This document shows positions 13,332 through 25,879 of a stretch of 64,000 bases of DNA, piece by piece. The DNA comes from Rhynchobatus australiae (taxonomy: Eukaryota): the NCBI GenBank assembly GCA_034780895.1, contig JAUZTB010000098.1:22928107-22992106 (forward strand). Direction: 5' to 3'. Both the position numbers and the translations under genes were made by a program. Position 1 is the first letter of the stretch; each line of letters opens with the position of its first letter. The notes beneath the pieces were generated by a model, which was not told where the DNA came from, did no database searches, and saw only the letters and a program-made list of their open reading frames with translations.

Positions 13332-13629
13332 CTTTTTTTTTCTTTCTTATTCAATCTTTTTTTGTTAGTTTTCAAATCAATACAAAATGGTATATAGCAT
13401 CAAAGTTTGTACATATCTTACAAAGAGATCTGGTTATCACTCAAATCTTAGANNNNNNNNNNNNNNNNNNNNNNNNNNNNNNNNNNNNNNNNNNNNNNNN
13501 NNNNNNNNNNNNNNNNNNNNNNNNNNNNNNNNNNNNNNNNNNNNNNNNNNNNTGTCTTCAAATTTAAGCGAAGGATCAACAGTACCACTCCTAATTTTTT
13601 CCAAGTTTAAACATGACATAGTTTGAGAA
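13332..13629 (-). mobile_element. L1-clade LINE 3' end
   Basis: Reverse strand SQTMSCLNLEKIRSGTVDPSLKFE resembles fish-type L1 ORF2 C-terminus; T-rich run at 13332-13365 is the reversed A-tail. Confidence 0.65.
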
Positions 13630-14114
13630 GGCTTTGTTTTTTTCCCCTCCACTAATGTAAAATACATTTGGTAATTTCTGTTAAAAGGAGGAAGGAAAAG
13701 AAAAGGCAAGCTAATTGAAGATGCCATGTTATGTTGTTTTGACAGTAATAGAAACAAGTTGTTTTGATTTTAAATTGCACAGGAAATTGCTCAGTAATGA
13801 CAGCTAACAGTGGAAAACTTTTTCGACGTGTTGCAGAGTAGGGAACTGCAACCGTAAAACGTTAAATGCTGTAGGTGTTTGTTTACTGAGAAAAGCTGAG
13901 GGGAACAATGTTTATGTTGTTAAGAAAATGCTGGTTGTATTCATTGCTGTCACTTTGAGCATGGACATGGATGTTGCTGTGTTTCTTGGGTCGAGTTCCC
14001 TCTCACACATTCAGCTATACAATCATTTAACTTAAAATATTTAATATCTTACATTTGATTATATATGTGTGTGTTATTGAAAGGACAGCAATTGATGTCC
14101 ACCTGTACTAACCA

Positions 14115-14530
14115 TTGAGAAGCTGGTGGTGGGCTACCACCTTAATCACTGGAGTCCTTGCGGTGATGAGAATTCCACCGTTTTAACCTTGTGATCAAGT
14201 CAGGGTAGTTAAACAGCTGGATGAGAACCAGTGGGAATGATATTCTCTGTAGTTTTTGTAGAGGTTGAAGTTTAGTTTGTAAAAGACCTGAGGTATTGCT
14301 GCAATACATCTTGCAGACGATAGAACACAATGGCCACAGTGAACAGAGTTAATGCTTAGACTGGTGGATGAGGTGCCAGTTGAGCAGGCTTCCCTGGTTG
14401 GTTTCAGGCTCTTGATTTGCCAGAGCTGCATTTGATGCAGTTTAGACATGTCAGGGGATTGAGCATGATCAGAGCCTTGATGCTTGGGATGTTGACCTGG
14501 AAGAGAAGACCAGTCTTGTTTCACCTGTCA
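14115..14530 (-). mobile_element. old CR1-group LINE ORF2 C-terminal fragment
   Basis: Minus ORFs give ...GTSSTSLSINSVH... and CSIVCKMYCSNTSGLL, resembling GTPSTTLNIHSLHH..VCTIYKMHCSNSPRLL. Confidence 0.55.
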
Positions 14531-14914
14531 TCACCGATTGGGATTGGAGGATTTTGTTGACAGCAGTATTGGTGCTTCTCCAGTGCTTTGAAGTGGCCAC
14601 ACAGAGTTGCCCATCATTCTGATGTATAATGATAGATCACAATGATATTGGTAATATTACAGTATGTATTGGCCTTCAAATACTTTATTCCACAAGTTTT
14701 TAATAGCTATGCTGGCACATCTCAAGAGAGTGGGCCATTTTATCTTTAATTTCTGTCATCCTTGGAAGATGCCTTCTGAGATAAGGAAACTGACCCATGT
14801 TCACCAGGTTCTCTGCATGGATCTTAATGCATGTGATGTTGTGTGGCAGGGGTGGGTTGATGAAGAACCCTGGTCTTCATGATATTTCAGATAACCAGCC
14901 TTCCCGTTCTGTAT

Positions 14915-15195
14915 CAGAATTTGTCAGTCCCAATGAAAGGTCATCAACTTGAAATGTGATTCTGGTTTTCTCCTCAGTGTGGCTGCTTCTCTTGCTGACT
15001 ATTTCATGCATTCTTCTTTACTTCACATTTTCAGGATCACCTTATCACAGACATCTTTTTTTGACGGCAACTTAAATATGTATGGTTTCCAAGTTTTTTT
15101 CTAGTTTGAATGAAAGGTTGTTGACCTGTTGTTGACTTCTTTTTTTTTGTGCAAATGCTACCTTACCTTCTGTGTATTTCTACCATTTCTGTTCC
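14915..15195 (+). mobile_element. Penelope-like element remnant: two direct-oriented degenerate terminal repeats
   Basis: AATGAAAGGTCATCAACTTGAAATG... (about 14930) and AATGAAAGGTTGTTGACCTG... (about 15108), separated by CCTTATCACAGACAT, also seen at 49385. Confidence 0.55.
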
Positions 15196-16149
15196 TTCTG
15201 CCCCTCTTGCTAACAATAGGCCTTCCAAACATCAAGTGTGAGGTCTGTCTATGCTTCAGTGAAGGAATAAATTATGGTTAAAATCTTGACCTCTGATTGT
15301 GCTAACTGAGCAATGCACAAGCATTGTCTGTGTGCAGTAACTCTGACTAAAGTTGATGTGATCTTGGTTCTGAAATGATGATAACAGTTGAAAGATCTCC
15401 CATTTGTCTCACCATTATTTTGCACAAATTATGTGAACTTGGTATGATGTTCCAACAAAGATTAAACTGAAGTAGACAGCATGGGGCAGGGAATCAGTTG
15501 CTCTGTTCTTTTTCAGTCAATGTAGTATTGTAAACATTTAGCATTAACCAAACAGATCCTTAATGGTATTTCCTGTTGAATTGTAATGATAAGATTGCAA
15601 TTTATGATGACTTGCATCCAGTCTGATTTGACAAAGAAAAATAGTCCGCAGTTCCATTTCAGCTCTTGTTGAACAGGATATTTGGTTGAGGTGTCAATCA
15701 GTCTGCAGCCTTAACAAGCTCTTAAAGTAGTGTGTTTTGAAACTTAAGTGAGTGATTTGTGATGTTCAGTCTCAATACCATGGCAGTAATTGTCTCCATA
15801 ATAAGGCTTGGAGTCACTCTTTGTTTTTGCTGACAGTTGACACGATATATCAAGTGTTCGAGGTGGAGCAATGGTATTATGACATGTCCACCTCAGAATA
15901 CTAATTGTTGTAATCAGTTTAGTCCCGATGACTCATCAAACTTAATTACCAGATGAAAAATCACATGCAGTGCAGCAAGCAAAATAAAATTTACATACAA
16001 ACTTGTATGTAACCTGTTCAGAATACTCAGCAAATTATATTAAATCTTAGGGTAAATTTCTGACTGGTTGTGTGCACACTTGCATGTGTTCATATGCCTA
16101 TAACTTAAGGAAACTTATCTATTTAATGATCCTTTTGCCAAAGGTAGTA

Positions 16150-16690
16150 TTGTAGCACTATTGGAGTCATGTGACACATAATTATCTATTGATTTATAGT
16201 CCAGAGAATATGACTTTACATGCATCCATGACATTTCAGAAACTGAATTTGTCTTTTCAAATTGAAACTTCATGTCAACAAAGTTGATTATAAAATTGAA
16301 ACAACTAGAAAAACATGACTGGTTCTCTCATTTAACTTAAGGAAATTTGTTGGAAATCAGGCCCAAAATGTCGACTGTTCATTTCCCTCCATAGATGCTG
16401 CTGACCCACTGAGTTCCTCCAGCATTTTNNNNNNNNNNCAGATTTCCAGCATCTGTAGTCTCTCTTGTGTCTTAAATTTGTAGTCCTCACCTGGTCTGGT
16501 CCATGTGTAACTTTGGACAAAGACCAATGTGGCTACCTCTTAACCACCTACCAAAATGCTTGAACAATATACTCAGTGGTATCAAACTATTAAAATCCAC
16601 TGGATCAAAAAGACTTGCTGTCAATTTTGGGAAACTGGAGATAGGCATTTAATATTGGCCTTCCAAGCACTGACCAGGTCACAAGAATAA
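16150..16690 (+). mobile_element. old chondrichthyan tRNA-derived SINE, interrupted at 16351-16473
   Basis: CTGGTTCTCTCAT..GGAAATTTGT|AGTCCTCACCTGGTCTGG..CAATGTGGCTACCTCTTAACC..GATAGGCATTTAATATTGGCCTT; same family as 59475-59765. Confidence 0.55.
16351..16473 (+). mobile_element. solo Penelope terminal-repeat element with 8-bp TSD
   Basis: AGATGCTGCTGACCCACTGAGTTCCTCCAGCA..CAGATTTCCAGCATCTG..TTGTGTCT flanked by AAATTTGT (16343-16350 and 16474-16481). Confidence 0.8.
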
Positions 16691-16699
16691 GCATCTTGT

Positions 16700-17165
16700 T
16701 ATACTGGAGAGGGAGCAGAAAAGATTCGCAAGGGTGTTACCAGGACTGCAGGGCTTGTGTTAGGAGGAAAGACTGGATCAGCTGTGTCTGTTTTCCCTGA
16801 AGCGAAGGAGGCTGAGAGATGACCTTGTAAATTAAGGTGGATGCTCACAGTCTTTCTCCCTGAGTAGGGGAGTCTAAAACTAGAGGGCATAGTTTTAGGA
16901 GGAGTGGGGAAAGATTTGAAGGAGACCTGAGAGGCAAGTTTTTCATAGTTAGGGCAGTAGATATCGGGAGTGAGTTGCCAGGGGAAGTGGTAGATGCAGG
17001 TATGATTAAAACATTTAAAAGACATTTGGACAGGTACATGGATAGGAACTGTTCAGAGGGATATAGCACCAATGCAGGCAAAATGGGACTAGCTCAGGAA
17101 GGTACCTTGGTTGTCATGAATGAGTTGAGCCGAAGGGCTTGTTTCCATGTTGTGTTACTCTACCT
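16700..17165 (+). mobile_element. CR1 (HER1-like) LINE 3' end
   Basis: ELPGEVVDAGMIKTFKRHLDRYMDR in ORF 16975-17199; GAGTCTAAAACTAGAGGGCATAG; tail CCGAAGGGCTTGTTTCCATGTTGTG. Confidence 0.9.
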
Positions 17166-17959
17166 CTCATATGTTTGGTTAATAAGACTGATCTTTTAAG
17201 AGTGCAGTGTTTGTGATTCTGGTATTGACTTAAAAAAATCTTTGGATAACCCAAGTGTTTGTCAAATCTTATCATTTGTTTTATTATTATTAGTATTTCC
17301 TGTTTAATAACTTTTTTAACCTTGATGCAATTTGTGAGTGAAATATTACAGGTAGTTGATTTTTTTACTGGTGCCTGTACTGTATGTTGCCTGTGGGAAC
17401 TTGGAAAAATGCATTAATCATTTGTGATTTACAGTCTAATCCAGGAGCAGAAAGGCAAAATGTAATTTAGCTTTGAAACTGGAATTAATGTTTTCTAATG
17501 GGTAGAATGCTTGCAAAAGATTTATTAGTTCCACTGCTGGAGATTTTGATAAACATAATGGGCACTTACAGCTTGATGGACTGATGGGAAGGGGAGCAAA
17601 AATAATGCCCTTCTGAGAAGGATGCAACAGCATTTATTTGATGTGTAAGAGTGTGTTTGTTCCTGGGACCATACTGTGGGGCAAATGTGAAAATGCAGCC
17701 CTGTCGAGGTGTGTTTTTCCTCACAGCAAATTTCGATTATCTTAAATGTACAATAAATTTGTGATCTGGCAACTCAGTGCCCTTCTGGAAATAATCCTGT
17801 TTATAACAAAATAAACATTTTTTAAAATGACTTAAACATTAAAAAAAAATACAGGTTATCATCCCGGGCTGATTGTTATTTGGGGGTATTTTCCCTGTTT
17901 TCTCATTTATAAGAAATTGAAGTTTTGACTTGAACAGATAAACTTGGTCTCATATTTCA

Positions 17960-18094
17960 AGAAAATCAAAAGAACTGTTGATGCTGAAACACTAAAAGAA
18001 AAAAGAAAAAATGCTGGAAGTACTCAGCAGGTCAGATGGCATTTGTGGGTAGACAAACTAAGTTGATATTTCAGGTTGAAGAACCTTCATCAGG
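17960..18094 (-). mobile_element. solo Penelope terminal repeat with hammerhead-like core
   Basis: AATGCTGGAAGTACTCAGCAGGTCAG arm; minus strand 18093-18062 reads CTGATGA-AGGTT-CTTC-AACCT-GAAA-TATC-AAC. Confidence 0.75.
18062..18093 (-). ncRNA. minimal hammerhead ribozyme-like motif (PLE type)
   Basis: CUGAUGA and GAAA boxes with perfect 5-bp stem II, palindromic AUAU minimal stem III and AUC triplet; stem I 5' strand is lost. Confidence 0.5.
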
Positions 18095-19529
18095 ATTTTC
18101 GTATTTCATTGCCTAAACAGAACATTTTTTTTGGTTTCCTCAACACATCAACACTGTAGGTGCAAAGAAAATGCAATTGTGCTTTTGAACTTCCAGATGC
18201 AGATTTTGGACACCAAGGATCGGTGAGAGAGAGCAAGTTCAAACACAAGTTTTCTGGTCATAAACACTCACTGAAGCTGCAGCCAGTTTTCTCAAGTGAT
18301 GTTTTACATTTTATAGCCCGATGGAAGCAAAACTATTGTTGTTTTTTTTGTATTATGAGCTAAGATGATTTGCTCCTGAATTTAGAACAATAGCAGATTG
18401 TTTATTTTTATCGAGTGTCGTTTAAGTCCTTGTGTGGCTTTCAAGTATGTAACATTAAACCAACAAAGGTTGTTTGTATGCAGTCTTACCAAAATAACTC
18501 TGTTGTGCATTAATTTTTGTGCTTCATAGGTCTTCAAGTTGCATACTTGAATTGCTGGATTTGTCATTGGCTTATCTCCTTTCTGTTAAATTAAAGCTAT
18601 CCAGTTCTCATCAGTATTATGCAAACATGGCTTACAGTTCCTCAACTGAAAGGCCATGTTGCAACAATTTACCTTGAAAACCGACCTATTTTGAGACCTG
18701 TGTTGCAGTGGAAATAGATTTCTACAGGTCCATGAGTGAAACATAATACAGTATGCAGTTGAATATAGGAGAAGCTAGACTTGGGTCACTCATTTTAATG
18801 ATTGCTTCCTACTTCTGTTTTGCAGGAAAGCTCTGAAATTAAATTTGTTTGCAGAACTAAGCAAAGACTAACTCCATTTCTTGCTGAGTGTGGCAGAGCT
18901 GACAGATGGAAATGGAAGGGATGATAAGATCTGTCCCAGGCTGAAAGACTGCAGTCTGACATGTACTAGACAAGATGATAGCCCTCTCTAAAGATCATTT
19001 TTCATGCAATATGTGGCTTTATCCAATTATATTTATTTATGCTCTTTAGAAATATGGTTTTGAAAAGGAATTGGTCTTGAGAATGGGACATGTAAAATGA
19101 TTAGAGTTCTTGCCGCATTCATTCTATTCATAACTAAAGTAAATAGAGGTCATTGCTTAGCTACCTTGAGGCAGTTAAAAATGATTACCAAGCCATTCTC
19201 CTGCTTTTCAATTTGAAGATGACGGTATTTGTAGCAGAAATAGAGTTTATTATAATGATCTGACAGAAGTAAGCCTATTAGAGTAACAAAAAGAATAAGA
19301 TGCTATGTTGAGCAAAAGCACTTGAACATAAGTTATAATAAGTTTCATTTAAAAAATGCTCTGCTCCGAATTAATCTGGCCTTTGTACTGAAAGATCTTT
19401 GAAAGATCTTTAAATGTTCAGAGATTCTTTTTAGCTTCACACGGGAATCAGTGAATCTATTTTCAGCTGCAACTCATCAAGTCATCTTAAATGTAAGCTT
19501 TTAAATTTATTTGAACCATTCTTTGCCCA

Positions 19530-19678
19530 AAATGGTTGTTTGTCTCGTTTGTCTCTATGTGGCCCTGTGATGGACTTGCGACCTGTCCAGGGTGTACCCT
19601 GCCCCTCGCACAGTGATTGCTGGACATGGTCACTGGTGACCCCCATAACCCAAAATGGAATAAGCAGGTAAAGATAAT
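19530..19678 (+). mobile_element. teleost-type V-SINE 3' region with Rex3/Expander-like tail
   Basis: GGTTGTTTGTCTC..TGTGGCCCTGTGATGGACTTGCGACCTGTCCAGGGTGTACCCTGCCCCTCGC..GATTGCTGG..AATAAGCAGGTAAAGATAAT, then a 100-N gap. Confidence 0.7.
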
Positions 19679-20321
19679 NNNNNNNNNNNNNNNNNNNNNN
19701 NNNNNNNNNNNNNNNNNNNNNNNNNNNNNNNNNNNNNNNNNNNNNNNNNNNNNNNNNNNNNNNNNNNNNNNNNNNNNNCTACTAGTGTTTTGTACCAACA
19801 CAGATTTAAATGGAAAGATTTGAGGAACTCCTGAAATGCGTTTATTTCATTACAATATACTTTTGACATGTTTAAGTTTAAAAAGGGGAAGAAGAAATTA
19901 TTAATTAATCAATTACTATCCAAGGCCACTGAAACAGTAATGCCAACTTATGATTTTTGTTTACAATTTGGATTTCACATTTTACTTTTATTATTCCTTT
20001 TGAAACTTCTTTCAGTATTTGTTCCTTTGTGTGCAATTCTCCATAAGGTGCTTGTTATGGCACATGCAAATCACTGCTGCATTGTCATCTCAATTACTAC
20101 TCACAATTTTGCAGTAATGTTAAAACTTTCATGTAGAAACTTGTCGATCTAAATATTCACGCAGGCCTGTAGGTTCCTTTCCTCAGCTGCCAACAGTCAC
20201 AAATTAGTCTTAGGCAGGTGGTTCTTCAACCTCCCAAAGTACCACAACATCAACTCTATAATGGTAAGGCCTGTTGTCTAAGAACCTCAGTTTATATACA
20301 CGGAGTTCCTGTCAACACAGA

Positions 20322-22990
20322 AGAACATAAGATCTAGAAGCAGTTGGCTGGTTGGCTCCATGCACCTGCTCCACTGTTGACCGTGGCTGATTTTTCTTTC
20401 ATCTCAGCAACACTTTCCTGCACTGAGCCCACGTCACTCAATTTTTTAAAATTGCAAGTATTTATAGACCTTTTGACTATAGAGCAGCTTTACAATGATT
20501 CACTGCCCTGTGGTCGAAAAGATTCCTTCTCATCTCTGTTTTCAATGGCTGACCCCTTTGAGATTGTGCCCCTGGTTCTAGACACTCCATCCAGGGGAAA
20601 TGTCATCCCTACATCTCCCCTATCAGGCCTTCAAGAATATTTCAAAGAGACTGCCCCTCTGTCTTACAACTATTAGGGAATATTGCCTCATCTGCCTAAT
20701 CTTGCCTCAAAGGTCAAATTCAACCCAACCCACCCCACCCCACCCCACCCCACCAATTTGATCTGATGAACCATTGTGACACTCATCAGAATATATTCCT
20801 CCTCAGTTAGAGATCAGAATGTATCCAATCTTCCAGGTCTGGTCTCCCCCAGGGCTCCAGGTAACTCTAGTAGGATGTCTTCACTCTGGCATCCAAATCC
20901 CAATTTTTTGCTATTTCTGCACCTTAAATTGGAGTGATTTGTTCGCATGGACACTGAGGTCTCATCATGTAATGATTACGGCGGGNNNNNNNNNNNNNNN
21001 NNNNNNNNNNNNNNNNNNNNNNNNNNNNNNNNNNNNNNNNNNNNNNNNNNNNNNNNNNNNNNNNNNNNNNNNNNNNNNNNNNNNNNNNNNNNNNNNNNNN
21101 NNNNNNNNNNNNNNNNNNNNNNNNNNNNNNNNNNNNNNNNNNNNNNNNNNNNNNNNNNNNNNNNNNNNNNNNNNNNNNNNNNNNNNNNNNNNNNNNNNNN
21201 NNNNNNNNNNNNNNNNNNNNNNNNNNNNNNNNNNNNNNNNNNNNNNNNNNNNNNNNNNNNNNNNNNNNNNNNNNNNNNNNNNNNNNNNNNNNNNNNNNNN
21301 NNNNNNNNNNNNNNNNNNNNNNNNNNNNNNNNNNNNNNNNNNNNNNNNNNNNNNNNNNNNNNNNNNNNNNNNNNNNNNNNNNNNNNNNNNNNNNNNNNNN
21401 NNNNNNNNNNNNNNNNNNNNNNNNNNNNNNNNNNNNNNNNNNNNNNNNNNNNNNNNNNNNNNNNNNNNNNNNNNNNNNNNNNNNNNNNNNNNNNNNNNNN
21501 NNNNNNNNNNNNNNNNNNNNNNNNNNNNNNNNNNNNNNNNNNNNNNNNNNNNNNNNNNNNNNNNNNNNNNNNNNNNNNNNNNNNNNNNNNNNNNNNNNNN
21601 NNNNNNNNNNNNNNNNNNNNNNNNNNNNNNNNNNNNNNNNNNNNNNNNNNNNNNNNNNNNNNNNNNNNNNNNNNNNNNNNNNNNNNNNNNNNNNNNNNNN
21701 NNNNNNNNNNNNNNNNNNNNNNNNNNNNNNNNNNNNNNNNNNNNNNNNNNNNNNNNNNNNNNNNNNNNNNNNNNNNNNNNNNNNNNNNNNNNNNNNNNNN
21801 NNNNNNNNNNNNNNNNNNNNNNNNNNNNNNNNNNNNNNNNNNNNNNNNNNNNNNNNNNNNNNNNNNNNNNNNNNNNNNNNNNNNNNNNNNNNNNNNNNNN
21901 ATGACCCTTTGAATTCTCTCTGCATCCTCCTCATTACTCACACTGTGACTCATTTTTGTATCATCAGCACAGTTGGTTATACCAGACCTCTCCTTATCTA
22001 CATGATTGCTATAGATTGTGAACAGCTGGGGCCCCAGCACTGATCCCTTCAGCAGCCTTCTAATTGTAGCCTCCTAATCCAAAAATGAGCTGCCTATTCC
22101 TACTGCTTTCTGTCTGATAACCAACCCATAATCTACACCTGTCCCTGTACTATCATCATCTTTAATGATCTTTCATGTGACACCTTATTGATGATAAAAT
22201 ATAGCACATTCACTGTTCAGCCCTCATCTCTTCTGCTTGTTAAAACCACAATAAAATGTAACAGATTTGTTGAACAATATTTTCACCACTTTTAAATTCG
22301 TGCAAAATAATGATTACTTCTCTCAGTGTCCTACCACTTCTTATTAATCAAGGATTCTTGCATTTTCCTTGCTACTGATCACAGACTAACTGGTCTGTAG
22401 TTCCCCATTTTCTCTCTCTCTGTTCTTTCTTAAACAATAGGGTTAGATTTTCTAACTTCCAAATTATGGGAACCATTCTAGTATCAGTGCAGTTTTGGAA
22501 GGTGTGAATGTTTTAATCCACTATTTTTAGAGCCACCTCTTTCAGTGCCTTCGGATGCAGGTTATCAGGTCCTGGAGATTTACTTGCTCACTCCATTATA
22601 CGTTTTCACAAGTGCTCATTACCTTCAGTTTCTCATCCACTCTGGACCTGTTGTTTGCCATTATGTCTGGGAGCTATTGTGTGATGCCAGATACAATACC
22701 TGTTTAAATACACTGATGTTTTATCATTCTCCAGTATCATTTCTCTTGTCTCAGTCAATAAGAGACCCATTTTATTTTCATCTTGTTAATTTTTTTTACA
22801 TTGCTAGAGAACTTTTGTAAGCTGCTTTTATGTACTTGCTGGATTACTCTTGTATTCTACTTTACCTTTCCTTATCAATTCCTTGGCTCTGCTGAGCTGA
22901 AATCTGAATTTTTCCCGATCCTTTGGCTTGCTAGTCATATTAGCAATGTTATATATATATTTTCCTTTGATCCAATGTTTTTTTTAATTC
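20322..22990 (-). mobile_element. long CR1 LINE fragment spanning a gap
   Basis: 3' terminus AAGAACATAAG at 20322; after the gap the minus frame reads LGPQLFTIYSNHVDK..NCADDTKM..VSNEEDAERIQ (RT LGP.LF.IY / FADDTK motifs); ACAGACTAACTGGTCTGTAGTTCCC is reversed GNYRPVSL. Confidence 0.85.
20724..20754 (-). repeat. (CCCCA)n microsatellite, G-quadruplex-competent on minus strand
   Basis: CCCAACCCACCCCACCCCACCCCACCCCACC. Confidence 0.8.
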
Positions 22991-23274
22991 CATCACTTGT
23001 GCATCAACAGCTTCAGCGTGGTTTGTGATTCCTATGCATGACCTTTGTAATCTCTAACTGAAAGAATGGAAATGATTTGGAAAACCAATTTTGAGCAGGA
23101 GATCATGGAAAAGGTAGAATTAGATATGCATCAAGGGCCAATAAACTTGATTTTCTCATTAAAGGAAATGTTGTGAATACTTTGGTTTAGGAGAAACACT
23201 GCTGGACATGTTATGTTCTTGCCAATGGTTGCAAACCTACTTGGCAGAGATTATCAGGGCCCAAAAAATCAGAA

Positions 23275-23510
23275 AGCAAGTTACAGATGCTGGAAATCCA
23301 AAACAAATACAGAAAATGCTGGAAATAATCCACAGGTCAGGCTGCATTTGGGAAGAGAAACAGAATCCATGTTTCAAGTTGGGGACATGACGGACTTCTG
23401 ACAAAAGGTCTNNNNNNNNNNCCCACCCGTGACATTGAATCTGTTCCTCTTCCCACAGATGTGGTCTGACTTGCTGAGTATTTCCAGCATTTGCAGTTTT
23501 ATTTTGATTA
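23275..23510. mobile_element. fold-back Penelope-terminal-repeat derivative
   Basis: Left AAATGCTGGAAATAATCCACAGGTCAGGCTGCATTTGGGAAGAGAAACAGA vs right TCTGTTCCTCTTCCCACAGATGTGGTCTGACTTGCTGAGTATTTCCAGCATTT; central CTGACAAAAGGTC is a decayed core. Confidence 0.8.
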
Positions 23511-24204
23511 CCAAGGCCTTGCTGGTTTCCTTATCAACCTATTCAGACTAACGATCTTATTTACTGCAATAAGATGTGTAGTTCATTGAAAATCTCCTGA
23601 AGTTCACCAGACATTAAACTTAAGGAAGATTTTGCAAATTGCATATTATGGACTTGCTTACAAGCTTCAGAGTTCTGGATATTGCAGCATTCTGCAATGA
23701 AATTCATGAAATATGTGTTTTGAAGCCTTTATTGAAACCTGGGTTCAATGGATCTATTTCAGGCTTCAAAATTCTTGAACAAAAAATGGGAGTTTGCATG
23801 TTGGGGGTAAGTTGTGAGAAGACCAGAAGGAAAATGACAGAGTGGAATTATAGCAAGCAGCTGAGGCTCAAAATGGCTATGTTTCATTCATTAATAGGCC
23901 AAATAAATGTGTTCTTAATTAGTCAATGGGGAGAAAGTGTTGCAATTACTTAAGTATTTTATGATTAAAAATTGAAGGAAGAAAAAATATATTGAACTCT
24001 CAGGAAACAGTAAAACTACTGAAAGGTGTTCAGTAAAAATAAAAGGAAGAAATAATGTTGGCACTTTGACCTGCTCAAACAGTATCCAATGGTTCATTTA
24101 ACACTCAGCTGAAATATGTATTTATGGTATGATTGTAGACATGAACAACATACAGCAAACACCTCAAGGCAATGGAAAGAAACAGAATCTCTGCAAAACC
24201 TCCA

Positions 24205-24600
24205 AATGCACTGGAAGGGCAACCTACATTAGTGTCCTCTCTCAGGCCAATTATCTTCATCAGATAACAGATATTTCATTCCAAGAAATGTCATTGGAAG
24301 AGATTAACAGGTGGACAGAGGAAAAGATCCAATGATGTGTGCTCAAGTGCATCATCTTGACAGACTCCTGGGAATCTTGGCCCCTGAGCACTCAAAGAGG
24401 AAAAGTAGCACATGGGGCTGTATTGTGAACCTCGATTCCATGCTTTGGGAGTACCCAGAAGCCCAGTGTCAGTAGTGGAATGACTCAATCAATCCAACTT
24501 TTTCTCCCATCAGGTGCCTCGGCTGCTCATCTGTCTCAGAACCCACAAAACTGGAATTGAAGCAAGTCATCCTTGACCCTGAGGGACCCTCTAAGAATGG
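24205..24600 (+). mobile_element. RTE-clade LINE 3' fragment
   Basis: HWKG..TYISVLSQAN; GGTGGACAGAGGAAAAGATCCAATGAT (GGQRKR.ND); 3' GAAGCAAGTCATCCTTGACCCTGAGGGAC shared with 38480-38510. Confidence 0.65.
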
Positions 24601-25624
24601 TTATGTTTATTTATAATCAGCAGTGCAATGGTTTAGATCCAGCTACAGAAACATGCTGCAGGTGAATACTGAGGGATACTAAACAGCATGTCCATTGTGC
24701 ACTGATGGCTTCATTGAAGTGTTGTTTCTTATTGAAAGACATTTTTTGGCATCCGTGCCTATTGGCCAGTCAGTTGGATTTAATAACATTTGTGATCTTT
24801 CTGCTAATTCTTATCCAGCAGCAAGGTTGTAAGAGTTTAAATCCTCAAACTATTTAACCTCTGACATGAATATGCTAATCCATCAGTTGTAAGAGCAAGG
24901 CTTTTGGGATAAAGAAATTACTTTTATCTACTTAAATGCCAGGAGCTGAGTCATTGATGCCAGTTTGCAAAATCTCCAAATTAAAAGACACCAATACAAA
25001 AGCAGCTGCAGTTTAACTAACTCAGCAAATATTGTCGGTCACATCTGAGACTCACTTGTCCTTGGGCTTAATGTACCATGTGGTTTGTTTTCACACCAGC
25101 CTACTGTGGGAAATGAAGTGTTTCTTGACTTCACAGAAATCACAGTAAAATATTTGATTAATGATTTTTGTTGTGTTTTTTCTAATAGATCTGTGTAACT
25201 GTAGCTCATGAACTCATTGGCAATTCTAATGCTAAGCAGGTTGAAAAGACTCATTCCACTTGGTTAAAATACATGATTCTGAATGGTTAGGGTATTTTAA
25301 TTGATAGCAAGAGATTCAAACTTGCGCTTTGAATGCAATTCAAAGTGTTCTTGGTCATCAAAATTGGAGATTGTCATTTGGCTAAATGAAGATAGAACAC
25401 TAACTTTTTGGAAGGAGGCTTTCCTTTCCTGGTACAGTACACGTTTCACAGTTCTTCAAATATATAGTTAGTACTAAGATAACTGCAGTTTTTGTCACTA
25501 TATCCAAATATTTCAGTGCTTCACAGAATGAATTTCTGCCTGCTGCAACTACAGTTATCTGTTGAGGGCAGCTTGTGTACACCAGCAGTCTCTCTCAAGC
25601 AGCAATGAAATGAATGATCATTTC

Positions 25625-25835
25625 TTGATATCGTGTGGAGTGAATTGAATTAACTGAAGACTGGCTTCTGTGATGTGGGATCTCAGGAGGAAGCTGAGAT
25701 GAATCATCTGTTTGGCACATCTGGCTGATTGTGGTTGTGAATGTTTCAATCATTATGCTTGGGGGCCCCTGCCATCAGGAGGATGGGAATCTTCTTGGAG
25801 CCTCCGACTGTTGGAATTTCAGTTGTTCACCACCA
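25625..25835 (-). mobile_element. old CR1-group LINE internal fragment
   Basis: CTGAAGACTGGCTTCTGTGATG..TCTCAGGAGGAAGCTGAGATGAATCATC..GGCACATCTGGCTGA matches a recalled shark LINE ORF2 in reverse. Confidence 0.5.
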
Positions 25836-25879
25836 ATTGGAGAGATTGAGAGGAATGTGGAGGATAGGTCAAGTGAGTC

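Noticed and set aside
18826-18962. Strong acceptor TTCTGTTTTGCAG|G suggesting a coding exon
   Set aside because: Stops in all three frames before a convincing donor; peptide not recognisable
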